Numbered from the stretch's first letter, positions 30,610 to 41,099 are shown. The stretch is 64,000 nucleotides of DNA from an uncultured delta proteobacterium (GCA_963736855.1 CAVTQK010000009.1:448001-512000); one strand, 5' to 3'. A program made the numbers and translations. Notes: a model not told the origin generated them from the letters alone.

Positions 30610-31140
30610 TTATTGGATCAAGACCTCGTCCACCCCGTCCAGTTCCGTTAAAAGGACATTGACCGTCTCCGACCGCCGTGTTTCCACTGTCTTGCCGATA
30701 TAGTCGGCATGGATGGGAAGCTCCCGGTGCCCTCGGTCGATGAGCACCGCCAGCTCGATCCGGTCGGGCCTGCCGAAATCAATGAGGGCGTCCATGGCGG
30801 CCCGGGTGGTCCGGCCGGTAAACAGGACATCATCCACCAGGATGATCTGCTTGCCGTCCACGGAAAAGGAGATGTCCGTGGCCTGGACCACCGGATTGAC
30901 GCTGGCCTTGGTCCAGTCGTCCCGGTAAAGGGTGATGTCGATGATTCCCATCGGGATCTCCACCCCTTCGATATCCCGGATGTTGCGCCGGATCCGCTCG
31001 GAAAGATGCACACCGCGGGTTTGAATACCGACAAGCCCGATATTTTGGGTGCCTTTGTGAACTTCCAATATTTTATGCGTCATGCGCAACAGAATTCGCT
31101 TGATATCCTGGGCGTCCAGGATTGTTTCAGGGCGCTTCAT
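30610..31140 (-). CDS. pyrR: Bifunctional pyr regulator / uracil phosphoribosyltransferase
   Basis: DITLYRDD, LVDDVLFTGRT and DRGHRELPI. Confidence 0.95.
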   Translation of the reverse strand: MKRPETILDAQDIKRILLRMTHKILEVHKGTQNIGLVGIQTRGVHLSERIRRNIRDIEGVEIPMGIIDITLYRDDWTKASVNPVVQATDISFSVDGKQIILVDDVLFTGRTTRAAMDALIDFGRPDRIELAVLIDRGHRELPIHADYIGKTVETRRSETVNVLLTELDGVDEVLIQ

Positions 31141-31312
31141 GATCCCACCCCCGACCGACTTTCAATTTTCATAAGACCGTCAGTACCGGCATATACCACA
31201 CCGTGCGTTTAAAATAGAAACCTTTACTTGATCCTAACCGATATCCCAATTATAGTAAAGGATAAACCTTTAATGGATCGATATCACCCCACACTTTCAA
31301 AGACGATGGAAT

Positions 31313-31921
31313 ATGAGAAATCCATGTACCGGCGTGATCCTGGCAGGCGGCCGGAATTCGCGTTTCGGCGGTCAAAATAAAGCCTTCATCACCCTATACG
31401 GGAAGACCGTTTTAGATTATATCCTGGATACGTTTTCAGGCCTGTTTCAGGATGTTCTTCTCATCACCAAGACTCCATTGGATTATCTTCAATACGACAT
31501 CCATATTGCCACCGACATTTTTCCGACATCCAGTTCCATGGCGGGTGTGCACGCCGGCCTGTTTTATTCGGAAACACCATTTGCATTTTTTGCGGCCTGT
31601 GATACGCCCTTTTTAAAAAAAGAAATGATTCAAACCATATTGGACCACATCGAAGCCGGATGCGACGCCGTCATGCCGGAGACCGAAGCCGGGTTGGAAC
31701 CCCTGTGTGCGGCTTATTCCAAAAACTGCCTTCCCCTGATTGAAAGCCACATTCGTCAAAATCGGGTTAAAATCCTTCGCGTGTTTGAGAAAAAACGCGT
31801 TATCCGAGTTTCCGAAAACGTGTTACGCCAAAAAGATCCGGATCTGATCTCTTTCTTCAATATGAATACACCTGAGGATTTAAAAAAGGCCGAAAGTTTG
31901 ATGGGATTTCAACTGGAATAA
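31313..31921 (+). CDS. mobA: Molybdenum cofactor guanylyltransferase
   Basis: ILAGGRNSRFG, ACDTP, EPLCAAY and FFNMNTPED. Confidence 0.93.
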   Translation: MRNPCTGVILAGGRNSRFGGQNKAFITLYGKTVLDYILDTFSGLFQDVLLITKTPLDYLQYDIHIATDIFPTSSSMAGVHAGLFYSETPFAFFAACDTPFLKKEMIQTILDHIEAGCDAVMPETEAGLEPLCAAYSKNCLPLIESHIRQNRVKILRVFEKKRVIRVSENVLRQKDPDLISFFNMNTPEDLKKAESLMGFQLE

Positions 31922-31982
31922 AAAAGGGGGGCCGCGCTTTCTTTATGAACAGGCCCATGTAAGTGCTTTACCTTCGAAGTCC

Positions 31983-32363
31983 ATGGGAGATCAAATGGAT
32001 GTATCGCATCTGATTCAAAAAATTAAGAGCCATCCCCGCTATTCTGAAGCCGGTATGATCCTGATCCACAATGGTGTAGTTCGAAAGACCTCCAGGAACG
32101 GAAAAACCGTGAAGGGATTGCGTATAAGCGTGGATCACACCAAGCTCCGGGAGGTCATTGCCGCATCTCAAAATCAGCCCGGCATTGTGGACATACTGGT
32201 GGAAATTGCTGAAGATCAGGTCCTTTCTACAGGAGATGACGTGATGCTTCTAGTTGTCGCTGGAGATATCCGTGAAAATGTGATCCAAACCCTTTCTGAC
32301 ACCCTCAATGCCATTAAGTCGACTGTTACCCGTAAAACCGAATTTTTCACGGAACAAGAGTGA
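31983..32363 (+). CDS. moaE: MoaE-like molybdopterin synthase subunit
   Basis: GMILIHNGVVR and VAGDIRE, next to mobA and moaC. Confidence 0.8.
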   Translation: MGDQMDVSHLIQKIKSHPRYSEAGMILIHNGVVRKTSRNGKTVKGLRISVDHTKLREVIAASQNQPGIVDILVEIAEDQVLSTGDDVMLLVVAGDIRENVIQTLSDTLNAIKSTVTRKTEFFTEQE

Positions 32364-32393
32364 ACCGATATCCGGTATTGTTCTGATATTGCC

Positions 32394-33110
32394 ATGGTGA
32401 TCAAAAACGTCGTTTTAAAAGAGTTGATGAATCCAATTTTTCATTCCCCGATGAGCTTGGCTTTTGAATACTGTAAAGGAAAAGGGATTGAAATCGGTGC
32501 TGCTGCTCATAACCCCTTTAGCCTCCCTGGATGTCTGAATCTGTCCATCTACTCAAACAAACCAAATAGCAGAGCCCATAAAGATTTTTTAATGTACCAG
32601 CAAGCCCAGTGCAATATCTGTGGCGCCTATGCCTACATTGACATTGCATCGGAAGCGCAAGCCATTCCATTAAAATCCCGCTCACAAGATTATGTGATCA
32701 GCTCTCACGTCATCGAACACATACCTGATCTGATCAGCGCATTTTTAGAATGGAATCGAATTGTTAAAGCCGGGGGAATCATCTTCATCATTTTCCCGAA
32801 AAGAGATGCCATTCAGGCCGATTCCATCAGGCCCCTGACCCCGTTAGAACATTTCATCGAAGATTTCAAATTGAAGCGAAACGTTGACAGTCATCCTTTG
32901 GATCCGGGTCATACTTTTTGGGGCCACTATCATGTCTTTTCCATTCAAACCATTTTGGACATCCTTGGATGGAGTCGGTCCCATGTCGGTTTAAATTGGA
33001 ATGTTGTGCTTAAAGAGGAGACCGATTCAAAAGTGGGAAACGGACACACCATTGTGTTGAGAAAAAAGAAATTCTCGTTTGATTGGTTAAAAGGAAAAGT
33101 TGGTGTCTGA
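32394..33110 (+). CDS. SAM-dependent methyltransferase (type 11-like)
   Basis: GIEIGA, YVISSHVIEH and RIVKAGGIIF. Confidence 0.82.
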   Translation: MVIKNVVLKELMNPIFHSPMSLAFEYCKGKGIEIGAAAHNPFSLPGCLNLSIYSNKPNSRAHKDFLMYQQAQCNICGAYAYIDIASEAQAIPLKSRSQDYVISSHVIEHIPDLISAFLEWNRIVKAGGIIFIIFPKRDAIQADSIRPLTPLEHFIEDFKLKRNVDSHPLDPGHTFWGHYHVFSIQTILDILGWSRSHVGLNWNVVLKEETDSKVGNGHTIVLRKKKFSFDWLKGKVGV

Positions 33111-33597
33111 ATTTACCCATATCGACGACAAGGGACAGGTTCGCATGGTGGATGTAACGGATAAAAAGAAAACCGTGCGCACCGCTAAAGCGCAGAGCTT
33201 CATTTTCATGAATCCGGATACCCTTGAGAAAATCCGGACACAAGGCGTTAAAAAAGGAAATGTCCTGGAAACGGCCCGAATCGCCGGAGTCATGGCAGCC
33301 AAAAAAACGTCAGAGCTGATCCCCATGTGCCATCCCCTCAGCATCACCCACGTCCAGATCGATTTTTTTCCCGAAACTCCAATGAGTGCCATCCGCGTCG
33401 AGGCCATCGTTCGCCTTGTCGGTGTGACGGGCGTGGAAATGGAAGCGCTGATAGCCGTTTCCGTTGCCGCCTTGACCATTTACGACATGTGTAAATCCTA
33501 CGATAAAAAAATGACTATATCCGACATCTGTCTTCTGGAAAAATCGGGCGGCCAAAGCGGCGATTTTTATCGGTATCCGGAAGTCCAACGCCAATGA
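33100..33597 (+). CDS. moaC: Cyclic pyranopterin monophosphate synthase
   Basis: MVDV, LIPMCHP, TGVEMEAL, IYDMCK and KSGG. Confidence 0.96.
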   Translation: MVSEFTHIDDKGQVRMVDVTDKKKTVRTAKAQSFIFMNPDTLEKIRTQGVKKGNVLETARIAGVMAAKKTSELIPMCHPLSITHVQIDFFPETPMSAIRVEAIVRLVGVTGVEMEALIAVSVAALTIYDMCKSYDKKMTISDICLLEKSGGQSGDFYRYPEVQRQ

Positions 33598-34784
33598 TCC
33601 GCTGGGCCTTTTCCTTTCTCTGCTTCCTTTTCATTATGATAGGTTGCACCGGGCCCATCACTCGGCATGACGACATCCATCTGAAAGTCGTTGCCCGAAA
33701 AGACCACCCTTGTTTTACCGATGATATGTGGTATGATGGGTTGGAGCAAGCCCTCCAACAAAGTCTTAAATATCTTCGGCGACTGGATCCGGATAAACTC
33801 TTTTTTTTTGGTAAAGAAACCTATTCGGTATCCCACGTAATCCGCTCGCTGGAATTTTTTTTGACATTCGTTCATACCCGGCCGTCCAGTCCGGAGTTAA
33901 ACCGCTTTGTCGAAGACCACTACCGGGTTTACAGGAGCGCGGTAGAGGGAAAACCTGGAGAAGTCTTTTTTACCGGTTACTATGAGCCGATCCTTGATGG
34001 GAGTCTGGAAAAAAACGGATCGTTCATCTATCCAGTATATGACAGACCCCTCGACTTGACTACCATCGATCTTGGGCTTTTCGACGATGCATGGAAGGGC
34101 AAAACCTTAATCGGCAGATATGACGGCCAGACGGTCGTGCCCTACCCTGACCGAAAAACCATCGATGCTGAGAACCGGTTGGAAGGAAAAGCAAAAGCTC
34201 TGGTGTGGTTGAAGGATCCGGTTGACACTTTCTTTTTACAGATCCAGGGTTCCGGAAAAGTCAATATTAACGGCCCTGAGCCGTTGAACATTCATTATCA
34301 CATCTCCAACGGCCGCCCCTACCGGAGCATCGGAAAGCTTCTCATTGAAACAAAGAAGATCGAACCTTCCAAAATGTCCATGCAAAGCATCCGGACCTAT
34401 CTTAAGAGTCATCCGGATGAACTCCAGGAGATCCTCAACTACAATCCCAGTTACGCCTTCTTCAAGACCGAAGAAGAAGGACCCAAAGGGTCTTTGGATG
34501 TGGTGCTGACACCAGGGCGCTCCATCGCGCTGGATCGCCGGCTCTTCCCGCCGGGTGCACTGGCCTTCATCGAAACCCACAAGCCCCTCGTGGATCCTGA
34601 TGGAACGATTCAAAAATGGAGCCGATTCGGCCGATTCGTCTTAAATCAGGATACCGGGGGGGCCATCAAAGGTCCAAGCCGCGCCGACCTGTTCTGGGGC
34701 AACGGACCGTATGCGGAAATCGCGGCAGGTCACATGCAGTATATGGGAACGCTTTACTTTTTAATACTGAAACCCGACGCCTGA
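33594..34784 (+). CDS. mltA: Membrane-bound lytic murein transglycosylase A
   Basis: Lipobox MIGC, FTGYYEP, FFLQIQGSG, QDTGGAIKG and DLFWG. Confidence 0.93.
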   Translation: MIRWAFSFLCFLFIMIGCTGPITRHDDIHLKVVARKDHPCFTDDMWYDGLEQALQQSLKYLRRLDPDKLFFFGKETYSVSHVIRSLEFFLTFVHTRPSSPELNRFVEDHYRVYRSAVEGKPGEVFFTGYYEPILDGSLEKNGSFIYPVYDRPLDLTTIDLGLFDDAWKGKTLIGRYDGQTVVPYPDRKTIDAENRLEGKAKALVWLKDPVDTFFLQIQGSGKVNINGPEPLNIHYHISNGRPYRSIGKLLIETKKIEPSKMSMQSIRTYLKSHPDELQEILNYNPSYAFFKTEEEGPKGSLDVVLTPGRSIALDRRLFPPGALAFIETHKPLVDPDGTIQKWSRFGRFVLNQDTGGAIKGPSRADLFWGNGPYAEIAAGHMQYMGTLYFLILKPDA

Positions 34785-34933
34785 CCCTTGCCGCAATACC
34801 CTTATCGCTCGTAACATTCCGATCCAACAGCATCCTTGACACCTTCAACTAAAACCTGTAGGAATACGGATCTTCTGTAACGCACATCGACAATAGACTG
34901 CAAATTCAGCCCCAGCGGATAAGGAGCTTTTTT

Positions 34934-35290
34934 ATGTTCGGCATCGGAGCGTCGGAGATGATCATGATCCTGGCCATCGCCGTTGTTGTGATCGGGCCTA
35001 AAAAGCTTCCGGATCTGGCGAAATCTTTAGGCCGCGCCCTCGGCGAATTCAAAAAGGCCACCCGGGATTTCAAGGAATCGCTGGAAGTCAACGATGATTT
35101 CAAAGAACTCAAAGAGGTTAAAAAGGCTTTCGACGATATCAATAAAGACATCCGGGAAGCCGGAAACATCCCGGAGACACCCGCCGAAAAAACCAAAACA
35201 ACGCCCCCCCAAGACACGGCAGAGATCCGGTCTGAAAATATGACAGCGGAAACGGAGGAATCCCCAAAAGATGGCCAAGGCATTAAATGA
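34934..35290 (+). CDS. tatB: Twin-arginine translocase TatB/TatA-family subunit
   Basis: MFGIG..E and GPKKLPDLA, directly upstream of tatC. Confidence 0.85.
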   Translation: MFGIGASEMIMILAIAVVVIGPKKLPDLAKSLGRALGEFKKATRDFKESLEVNDDFKELKEVKKAFDDINKDIREAGNIPETPAEKTKTTPPQDTAEIRSENMTAETEESPKDGQGIK

Positions 35291-36023
35291 AGAGGACAAG
35301 CTTCCGTTCACCGCGCATCTGGAGGAGCTGAGGAAGCGGCTCATCGTCTGTTTCATTGCCATCGGCGTGGGGTTCGCCCTCTCATACGGTTTCAAGGAAA
35401 AACTCTTCGATATCTTGACCCGCCCTCTGATCGCGGCGATGCACGAGGGCGACAAACTGGTCTACACCGGCCTTCCCGAGGCTTTCTTCGCTTACATGAA
35501 GGTCGCTTTTCTGGCCGGCTTGATGCTTTCTGCACCTGTTATCTTGTACGAATTCTGGATGTTTGTGGCTCCCGGTCTGTACCAAAAAGAAAAACGGCTT
35601 CTTTTACCTTTCGTCTTCCTTTCTTCTTTTTTCTTTGTCGGCGGGGCTCTATTCGGCTATTTTGTAGTATTTCCCTTCGGATTCCAATTTTTCTTGAGTT
35701 TTTCCACAGAGACCATCAGGCCCCTTCCCTCCATGAAGGAATATCTGAGTCTTGCTTCCATGATGCTTTTGGCCTTCGGACTTGTCTTCGAGTTGCCGCT
35801 CTTGATCACCCTGCTTTCCCGGATGGGATTGGTTTCCGTGGCCTTTTTAAAGAAAAACCGGAAATACGCTATCTTATTGATTTTCATCGTGGCAGCCATC
35901 TTGACGCCGCCGGACGCGGTTACCCAGATCCTCATGGCAATTCCCATGATGGCTCTTTACGAAATCAGCATCATAGGCGCCCGGATTTTTGAAAGGAAAA
36001 AGCCGGAGGACGATGAAGTGTGA
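35271..36023 (+). CDS. tatC: Twin-arginine translocase TatC
   Basis: HLEELRKRL, FVAPGLY, FELP and LTPPD. Confidence 0.96.
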   Translation: MAKALNEEDKLPFTAHLEELRKRLIVCFIAIGVGFALSYGFKEKLFDILTRPLIAAMHEGDKLVYTGLPEAFFAYMKVAFLAGLMLSAPVILYEFWMFVAPGLYQKEKRLLLPFVFLSSFFFVGGALFGYFVVFPFGFQFFLSFSTETIRPLPSMKEYLSLASMMLLAFGLVFELPLLITLLSRMGLVSVAFLKKNRKYAILLIFIVAAILTPPDAVTQILMAIPMMALYEISIIGARIFERKKPEDDEV

Positions 36024-36116
36024 AATCGTGTTTCCCATTGACAAGCGATTAAAGAGCTTGATAGATAAACCTCGTTTTTCATGGATCATGAAAACCAACA
36101 GGAAAGGAGGTGAATA

Positions 36117-36608
36117 ATGGCTATGGGAAAACGGTCATGGATCGCAGTTGCAGTGATTGTAAGTGTTGCCGTCCTGTTTGCCGCCGGCAGCATCGTGGCA
36201 GCCGGGAAAGCGCCTGACACCATCAAGATGCAGAACAAGGCCTATGAGCACAAGAAAGGCATTGTGGAGTTCAGCCACAAAAAGCATTCGGCAGATTATG
36301 CGAAAAAGGCGCCGAATCTGTATAAAGACGCCTGTGGCGTATGCCACCATGATGACAAGGGAAAACCTCTGAGCGCTCTCAAGGAGACGGATGCGGTAAA
36401 AAGTTGCTTCGAGTGTCACAAGAAGCCAGGGGAAGCGCCCAAGGGAAAAGACGCCCCGAAGCTGGATAAAAAGGCAAAGTTGGAATACCACGCGGAGGCC
36501 TTGCATGAAAACTGCAGGGGGTGCCATAAGGATTACAACAAGGAATTCAAAACCAAAGACGCCCCCACGACTTGCGCCAAATGCCATCCGGGAGCCAAAG
36601 ACGAATAA
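36117..36608 (+). CDS. Periplasmic tetrahaem cytochrome c3
   Basis: Signal peptide, FSHKKH and four CXXCH motifs (CGVCH, CFECH, CRGCH, CAKCH). Confidence 0.93.
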   Translation: MAMGKRSWIAVAVIVSVAVLFAAGSIVAAGKAPDTIKMQNKAYEHKKGIVEFSHKKHSADYAKKAPNLYKDACGVCHHDDKGKPLSALKETDAVKSCFECHKKPGEAPKGKDAPKLDKKAKLEYHAEALHENCRGCHKDYNKEFKTKDAPTTCAKCHPGAKDE

Positions 36609-36644
36609 TTCGGGTCCTGGATTCGCACTTCGTTTTAATTAAAA

Positions 36645-36683
36645 GGGCGATCGTCTCTTTCAGGGGCGATCGCCCCTTCTTTT
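36645..36683. terminator. Bidirectional terminator between cytochrome c3 and dsrN
   Basis: GGGCGATCGTCTC/GGGGCGATCGCCC stem flanked by an A-tract and a T-tract. Confidence 0.75.
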
Positions 36684-38120
36684 GGATGAAAAGGTCCGCG
36701 CTTGATTGGTCATTGCCTCGGCCCACGATGGGGTTCCCAGTGCATGGATATGTGTGTAGGTGGCCAGCACATTTTTATAGCAGACCCCGTCTTTTCCATC
36801 CAGAAAACCACTCCCCCGTTTCATGATAAAAGCAAAATCTGCATCCTTGCCATCCCATTTAAGCACACTGGAATAGTGGAACTCATGACCCCGAATCTGT
36901 TCCCCGATCCGATAATAAGGATTTTCGGCAATGACTTCCACGACGGTATAGCCGTGCCCCTGGGGCCGTTTTGAAAATCCGAAGGTTACCGGCAACACCC
37001 CTGCCATCGGATACATCCCTTCTTTCAACACCAGCGCCTGACCCAGATACATCAGTCCGCCGCATTCCGCATAAACGGGGAGCCCGGCTTCCACCATGGA
37101 TCTGAGCGCTTCTTTGAATCGGATATTATCGGAAAGGGCGGCTGCGTGGGTTTCCGGGAAACCGCCGCCGATGTAAAGGGCGTCGATGTCCGGGATATTC
37201 TTTTCCGACAAGGGGCTGAAAAAGACCAGTTCAGCGCCGGCACAAGAAAGAGCCTCAAAATTTTCCGGATAATAAAACTGAAACGCGCTGTCCCGAATCA
37301 CGCCGATCTTCGGGGCCTGGGATTCAGGAACCGGGTATGTGACGCTATCTGCAATCCGGGTGATGGAAAGCGGTGGTTTTTTCGCAGGCTCGGTATCGGC
37401 CTCTTTTGGGGATTGTTTTTTTCTTTGCATCGGAATGCTTGCGGCGATGGTTTCTAAGGCGTCAAGGTCAATATATCGGTCGACCACCCGGGAGGCTTCT
37501 TCGATGGCTTCTTTGGCCCAGTCGTGTTCCGGGGTGGGAACGAGCCCCATGTGCCGCTCGGGAAAGCGCTGTCGGGTAAGCTTTGGAACGGCGCCCACCA
37601 CAGGAACCCCGCAGTAGTATTCGATGCTTTTTCTCTGAACAGCTTCATGGCGCACTCCGGCAACATGATTTAGAATGACGCCTTTAATGGAAACGTCCGG
37701 GTCCAGGTGCATGCAGCCCATGACCACCGCAGCCATGGTTCGTGTGGCTTTGGTGCTGTTGATGATCAGGATTACGGGGGCGCTTAAAAGTTTGGCCAGT
37801 TCCGCAGAGCTGGTTGACCCAAGATAATCAAGGCCGTCATATAACCCGCGATTCCCCTCGATGAGGGCGAAGTCGCCTTCCCGGCTGTGAAGAAAAAAAG
37901 AATCGAGGACAGCTTCGGAGGGAATCAGGAAGGTGTCCAGATTGTGACAGGGCCGGCCCGCCGCCAGGGTGAGCCAGCCCGCATCGATATAATCCGGACC
38001 TTTCTTGAATGGAATGACGCGCTTTCCCCGGGCCCGATATGCGGCAAGGATCCCGATGGAAAGAAAGGTCTTTCCGGATCCGCCGCGGCACGCCGCAATC
38101 ATGATCCGGGGAGTAGGCAT
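36660..38120 (-). CDS. dsrN: Siroheme amidase (cobyrinate a,c-diamide synthase-like)
   Basis: GSGKT, FKKGPDYID, AFQFYY, YAECGG and GHEFHYS, directly downstream of dsrD. Confidence 0.88.
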   Translation of the reverse strand: MPTPRIMIAACRGGSGKTFLSIGILAAYRARGKRVIPFKKGPDYIDAGWLTLAAGRPCHNLDTFLIPSEAVLDSFFLHSREGDFALIEGNRGLYDGLDYLGSTSSAELAKLLSAPVILIINSTKATRTMAAVVMGCMHLDPDVSIKGVILNHVAGVRHEAVQRKSIEYYCGVPVVGAVPKLTRQRFPERHMGLVPTPEHDWAKEAIEEASRVVDRYIDLDALETIAASIPMQRKKQSPKEADTEPAKKPPLSITRIADSVTYPVPESQAPKIGVIRDSAFQFYYPENFEALSCAGAELVFFSPLSEKNIPDIDALYIGGGFPETHAAALSDNIRFKEALRSMVEAGLPVYAECGGLMYLGQALVLKEGMYPMAGVLPVTFGFSKRPQGHGYTVVEVIAENPYYRIGEQIRGHEFHYSSVLKWDGKDADFAFIMKRGSGFLDGKDGVCYKNVLATYTHIHALGTPSWAEAMTNQARTFSSKRRGDRP

Positions 38121-38161
38121 TTAAATCTGCTGTTGTAAAACGCGGATAAAATGAAGATCGA

Positions 38162-38398
38162 CTATTCGCCTTCTTCGGTCGCCGCCTGCTTGCCGGCCCC
38201 TTTGAGACCATACATGGATGTGCTCCCGCTGGACCAGAATTCCAGAACCTGCTCCTGAATCAACTGGTTGACGATCTTCTTGGCGTCCCTGGGCTTGGCG
38301 TCCAGGATCTTGGCCAAGTCGTTGAAATAGAACTTGCTCTTACCCTTCTTCTTTGAAAGTTCATCAATGATTTTTGCTTTTGCTTCCGCGTATTCCAT
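38162..38398 (-). CDS. dsrD: DsrD
   Basis: KSKFYFND and FWSSGSTSMYGL. Confidence 0.96.
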   Translation of the reverse strand: MEYAEAKAKIIDELSKKKGKSKFYFNDLAKILDAKPRDAKKIVNQLIQEQVLEFWSSGSTSMYGLKGAGKQAATEEGE

Positions 38399-38458
38399 GG
38401 AGGTGTTCCTTTATTGAGGGTATAGGGGCAGGGGCCAAAAGCCCCTGCCCGGGTTGAA

Positions 38459-39607
38459 TTAGAACTTGAACTGCGTTGTCTGGCGCCAGGTGAAATAGGC
38501 CGGATCCCGGAAATCGTCGATGAGGTGATGGGTGAACTCGAGCTCGCATTTTTCAAAGAACCGCTCCCACCCGATCCTTTCAGCCCAATCGCCAAGGCGT
38601 TCGTATTTATGAGCATCCTTAGCGTAGGCTTCGACCATCTTCTTTATAGCGTCCGTCATCGTGGGCCAGCGTGGCATTTCATTGGGGATGAAGGCCACAA
38701 CGACCTTGGAAAACTTGGGCGCGGATATCCGGTTGGACACCTTGCCGCCCGCCATAAGCACGATGCCGTCACCCACGTCGTCGGCCAGCGGCATGGCCGG
38801 ACACATGGTATAGCAATTTCCGCAGAACATGCACCGCTCATTGTTAACAGACACGCTGTTAACCTTTTGTCCGCCGGGCAATTCCACTTTGGCCGGCTTG
38901 ATGGCCGCCGTGGGGCACGCGGCGATGGCCAGCGGGATCTCGCACATCTTATCCAGATATTCATGATCCAGCATGGGCGGTTTGCGGTGGTAACCGAGAA
39001 TCGCGATGTCCGAGCAGTGGACCGCGCCGCACATGTTCAGGCAGCAGGCCATCGAAACCCGGAGATGGGCCGGGAGTCGCATGTTGCGGAAATCGTCGAA
39101 CAGCACGTCCAAGGTGGCTTTCACCGTTCCAGATGCGTCCGTGGCCGGGGTGTGGCAATGGATCCATCCCTGTGTGTGGACGATATTGGAGATCCCGGCG
39201 CCGGTGCCGCCCACCGGGAACTTGTAAGAACCGCCGGAAAACTTCCGTTTCATCAGATCGTCGACCAGCGGTTTGACATTTTCTTTCTTGCTCACCAAGA
39301 ATTCGATGTTGTTTCGAGTGGTAAAACGCAGGTATCCGCCGCAATACTTGTCTGCAATCTCACAGATTTCCCGGATGTGGGTCACGCTCATGAGGCGGGC
39401 ACCGCCGCATCTGACCGTATAGATCTCATCCCCTGTCTCTGAAACGTGAACGAATACGCCGGGCTGTAGATATTCGTGATACAGCCACTTGCCTTTATTT
39501 TTGGCGATAACCGGCGGGTAAAACTCATCGTATTTTCTGGGACCGATGTCGGTGATCCGATCCGTCATCGGGTTGCTCGGATCGTATCCTGAAGATATGA
39601 ATGCCAT
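38459..39607 (-). CDS. dsrB: Dissimilatory sulfite reductase beta subunit
   Basis: [34 protein letters not shown] and [11 protein letters not shown]. Confidence 0.99.
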   Translation of the reverse strand: MAFISSGYDPSNPMTDRITDIGPRKYDEFYPPVIAKNKGKWLYHEYLQPGVFVHVSETGDEIYTVRCGGARLMSVTHIREICEIADKYCGGYLRFTTRNNIEFLVSKKENVKPLVDDLMKRKFSGGSYKFPVGGTGAGISNIVHTQGWIHCHTPATDASGTVKATLDVLFDDFRNMRLPAHLRVSMACCLNMCGAVHCSDIAILGYHRKPPMLDHEYLDKMCEIPLAIAACPTAAIKPAKVELPGGQKVNSVSVNNERCMFCGNCYTMCPAMPLADDVGDGIVLMAGGKVSNRISAPKFSKVVVAFIPNEMPRWPTMTDAIKKMVEAYAKDAHKYERLGDWAERIGWERFFEKCELEFTHHLIDDFRDPAYFTWRQTTQFKF

Positions 39608-39619
39608 GGTCTTTACCCC

Positions 39620-40933
39620 CTATCTCTTGTGAAATTCTCTAAACTTGTTAATGTCTCGGGTCCATCCGCCTTCCACTTCTTCTTCTTTCCAGAAGATGTA
39701 GGGGTTGGATCGCGGCTCCTTCACCATTCTTGGATCCGGCGACAGGCCGGTGACTTCCAGGAGCTTCTGGAAACCCTGCCGTTTCATGAGTTCACCGAGA
39801 CGTTCGCGGTTCTTCCCTTCCTCCATCCACCAATCCCAGATCTTTTCGATGACTTCCTTGATCTCGTCATAGGGCTCTTCAACCTTTATGAAAGGTACCA
39901 GCAAGGAACCCATCTGGGCGCCGTCGAGAATCGGGGCCTTGGCGCCGACCAGCATGGACAGGCCCCGGTCATTTCCGATCCGAAGGGCTCTCGGCATGAC
40001 GCTGATGCAGTGCATGCACCGGGTGCATTCCTTGTTGTCGATCTTGAGCGTCGTGCCTTCCATCCACATGCACCTGGTGGGACACAGATCAAGGACCTCT
40101 TTCTGGATGTTGAATTTGCCCCAGTCCCGGCCCATGTGGGCGCCCGCGTTGGGTTTCAACTCGCCGCCGATGTAAGCCTGGACAGCTTTCTGATCGATGC
40201 GGATTGCGTCTCTCCAAGTGCCGATGAAGGAAATGTCGGCCCGGGCGATGGAGGCCACACAGCAGTTGGGGCATCCGTCGAATTTGAACTTGAATTTATA
40301 CGGAAAAGCCGGCCGGTGCAGCTCATCCTGGTAGGCGTTGGTCAAATCGTGGCATAGGGCCTGAGTATCGTAACACGCGTATTCACACCGGGCCTGGCCG
40401 ACGCAGTCCGAAGGAGTCCTCAGGTTCGAGCCCGACCCTCCAAGGTCCTGATTCAAGTTATGGGTCAGTTCATAAAAAATCTCTTCCAATTGGGGCGTTG
40501 TTGTCCCCAGGAAGATGATGTCGCCGGTGGAACCGTGCATGTTGGTGATACCGCTTCCCCGTAAATCCCAAAGATCACAGAGCTGCCTGAGGTATTCGGC
40601 GGTGTAGAACTTCCCAGCGGGCTGGGATACCCGCATGGTATGGAAATGGGCGACTCCCGGAAACATCTCGGGTTGGTCGCAGTACCGGCCGATGACGCCG
40701 CCGCCGTAACCGAAAACACCCACGATGCCGCCATGTTTCCAGTGGGTTCTACCATGTTTAAAAGAGAGTTCCAATACGCCGAGAAGGTCGTCGCAAACAT
40801 CCACGGGAATCTGATATTCAATTTTTCGTTCGTTTTTGGCCCGCGATGCCGCTTCCTGCTTAATGTCGGACACAAAACTCGGCCATGGGCCGGTTTCTAA
40901 TTGGTCCAACATCGGAGTTTGGTGTTTTGGCAT
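39620..40933 (-). CDS. dsrA: Dissimilatory sulfite reductase alpha subunit
   Basis: GPWPSFV, HWKHGGIVGVFGYGGGVIGRY, and siroheme Cys motif CVGQARC...GCPNCC. Confidence 0.99.
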   Translation of the reverse strand: MPKHQTPMLDQLETGPWPSFVSDIKQEAASRAKNERKIEYQIPVDVCDDLLGVLELSFKHGRTHWKHGGIVGVFGYGGGVIGRYCDQPEMFPGVAHFHTMRVSQPAGKFYTAEYLRQLCDLWDLRGSGITNMHGSTGDIIFLGTTTPQLEEIFYELTHNLNQDLGGSGSNLRTPSDCVGQARCEYACYDTQALCHDLTNAYQDELHRPAFPYKFKFKFDGCPNCCVASIARADISFIGTWRDAIRIDQKAVQAYIGGELKPNAGAHMGRDWGKFNIQKEVLDLCPTRCMWMEGTTLKIDNKECTRCMHCISVMPRALRIGNDRGLSMLVGAKAPILDGAQMGSLLVPFIKVEEPYDEIKEVIEKIWDWWMEEGKNRERLGELMKRQGFQKLLEVTGLSPDPRMVKEPRSNPYIFWKEEEVEGGWTRDINKFREFHKR

Positions 40934-41099
40934 TGTTTTCCTCCATTCTTGATTGATGTTACCGTCTCTTATTGTTTCTTGTGAGAAATGGCCTTCTCTT
41001 TTATTACCCCTTGGTCACCCCCCCTCAAAATGATTTTCGTTTGATTCACCCGTAGTGATTATTCTCATATTAGAAAACTCTGAATATTCGAAAGAAAAG

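Noticed and set aside
31140..31312. PyrR attenuator RNA
   Set aside because: No AGUCCAGAGAGG-like binding loop or terminator is visible, and no pyr genes follow.
36660..38120. Cobalamin biosynthesis gene cbiA/cobB
   Set aside because: Its position directly after dsrD, with no cob genes nearby, favours dsrN.
41040..41062. Rex-type operator upstream of dsrA (ATTCAC-N5-GTGATT)
   Set aside because: Half-site orientation and spacing do not match TTGTGAA-N4-TTCACAA, and the match is too weak to call.
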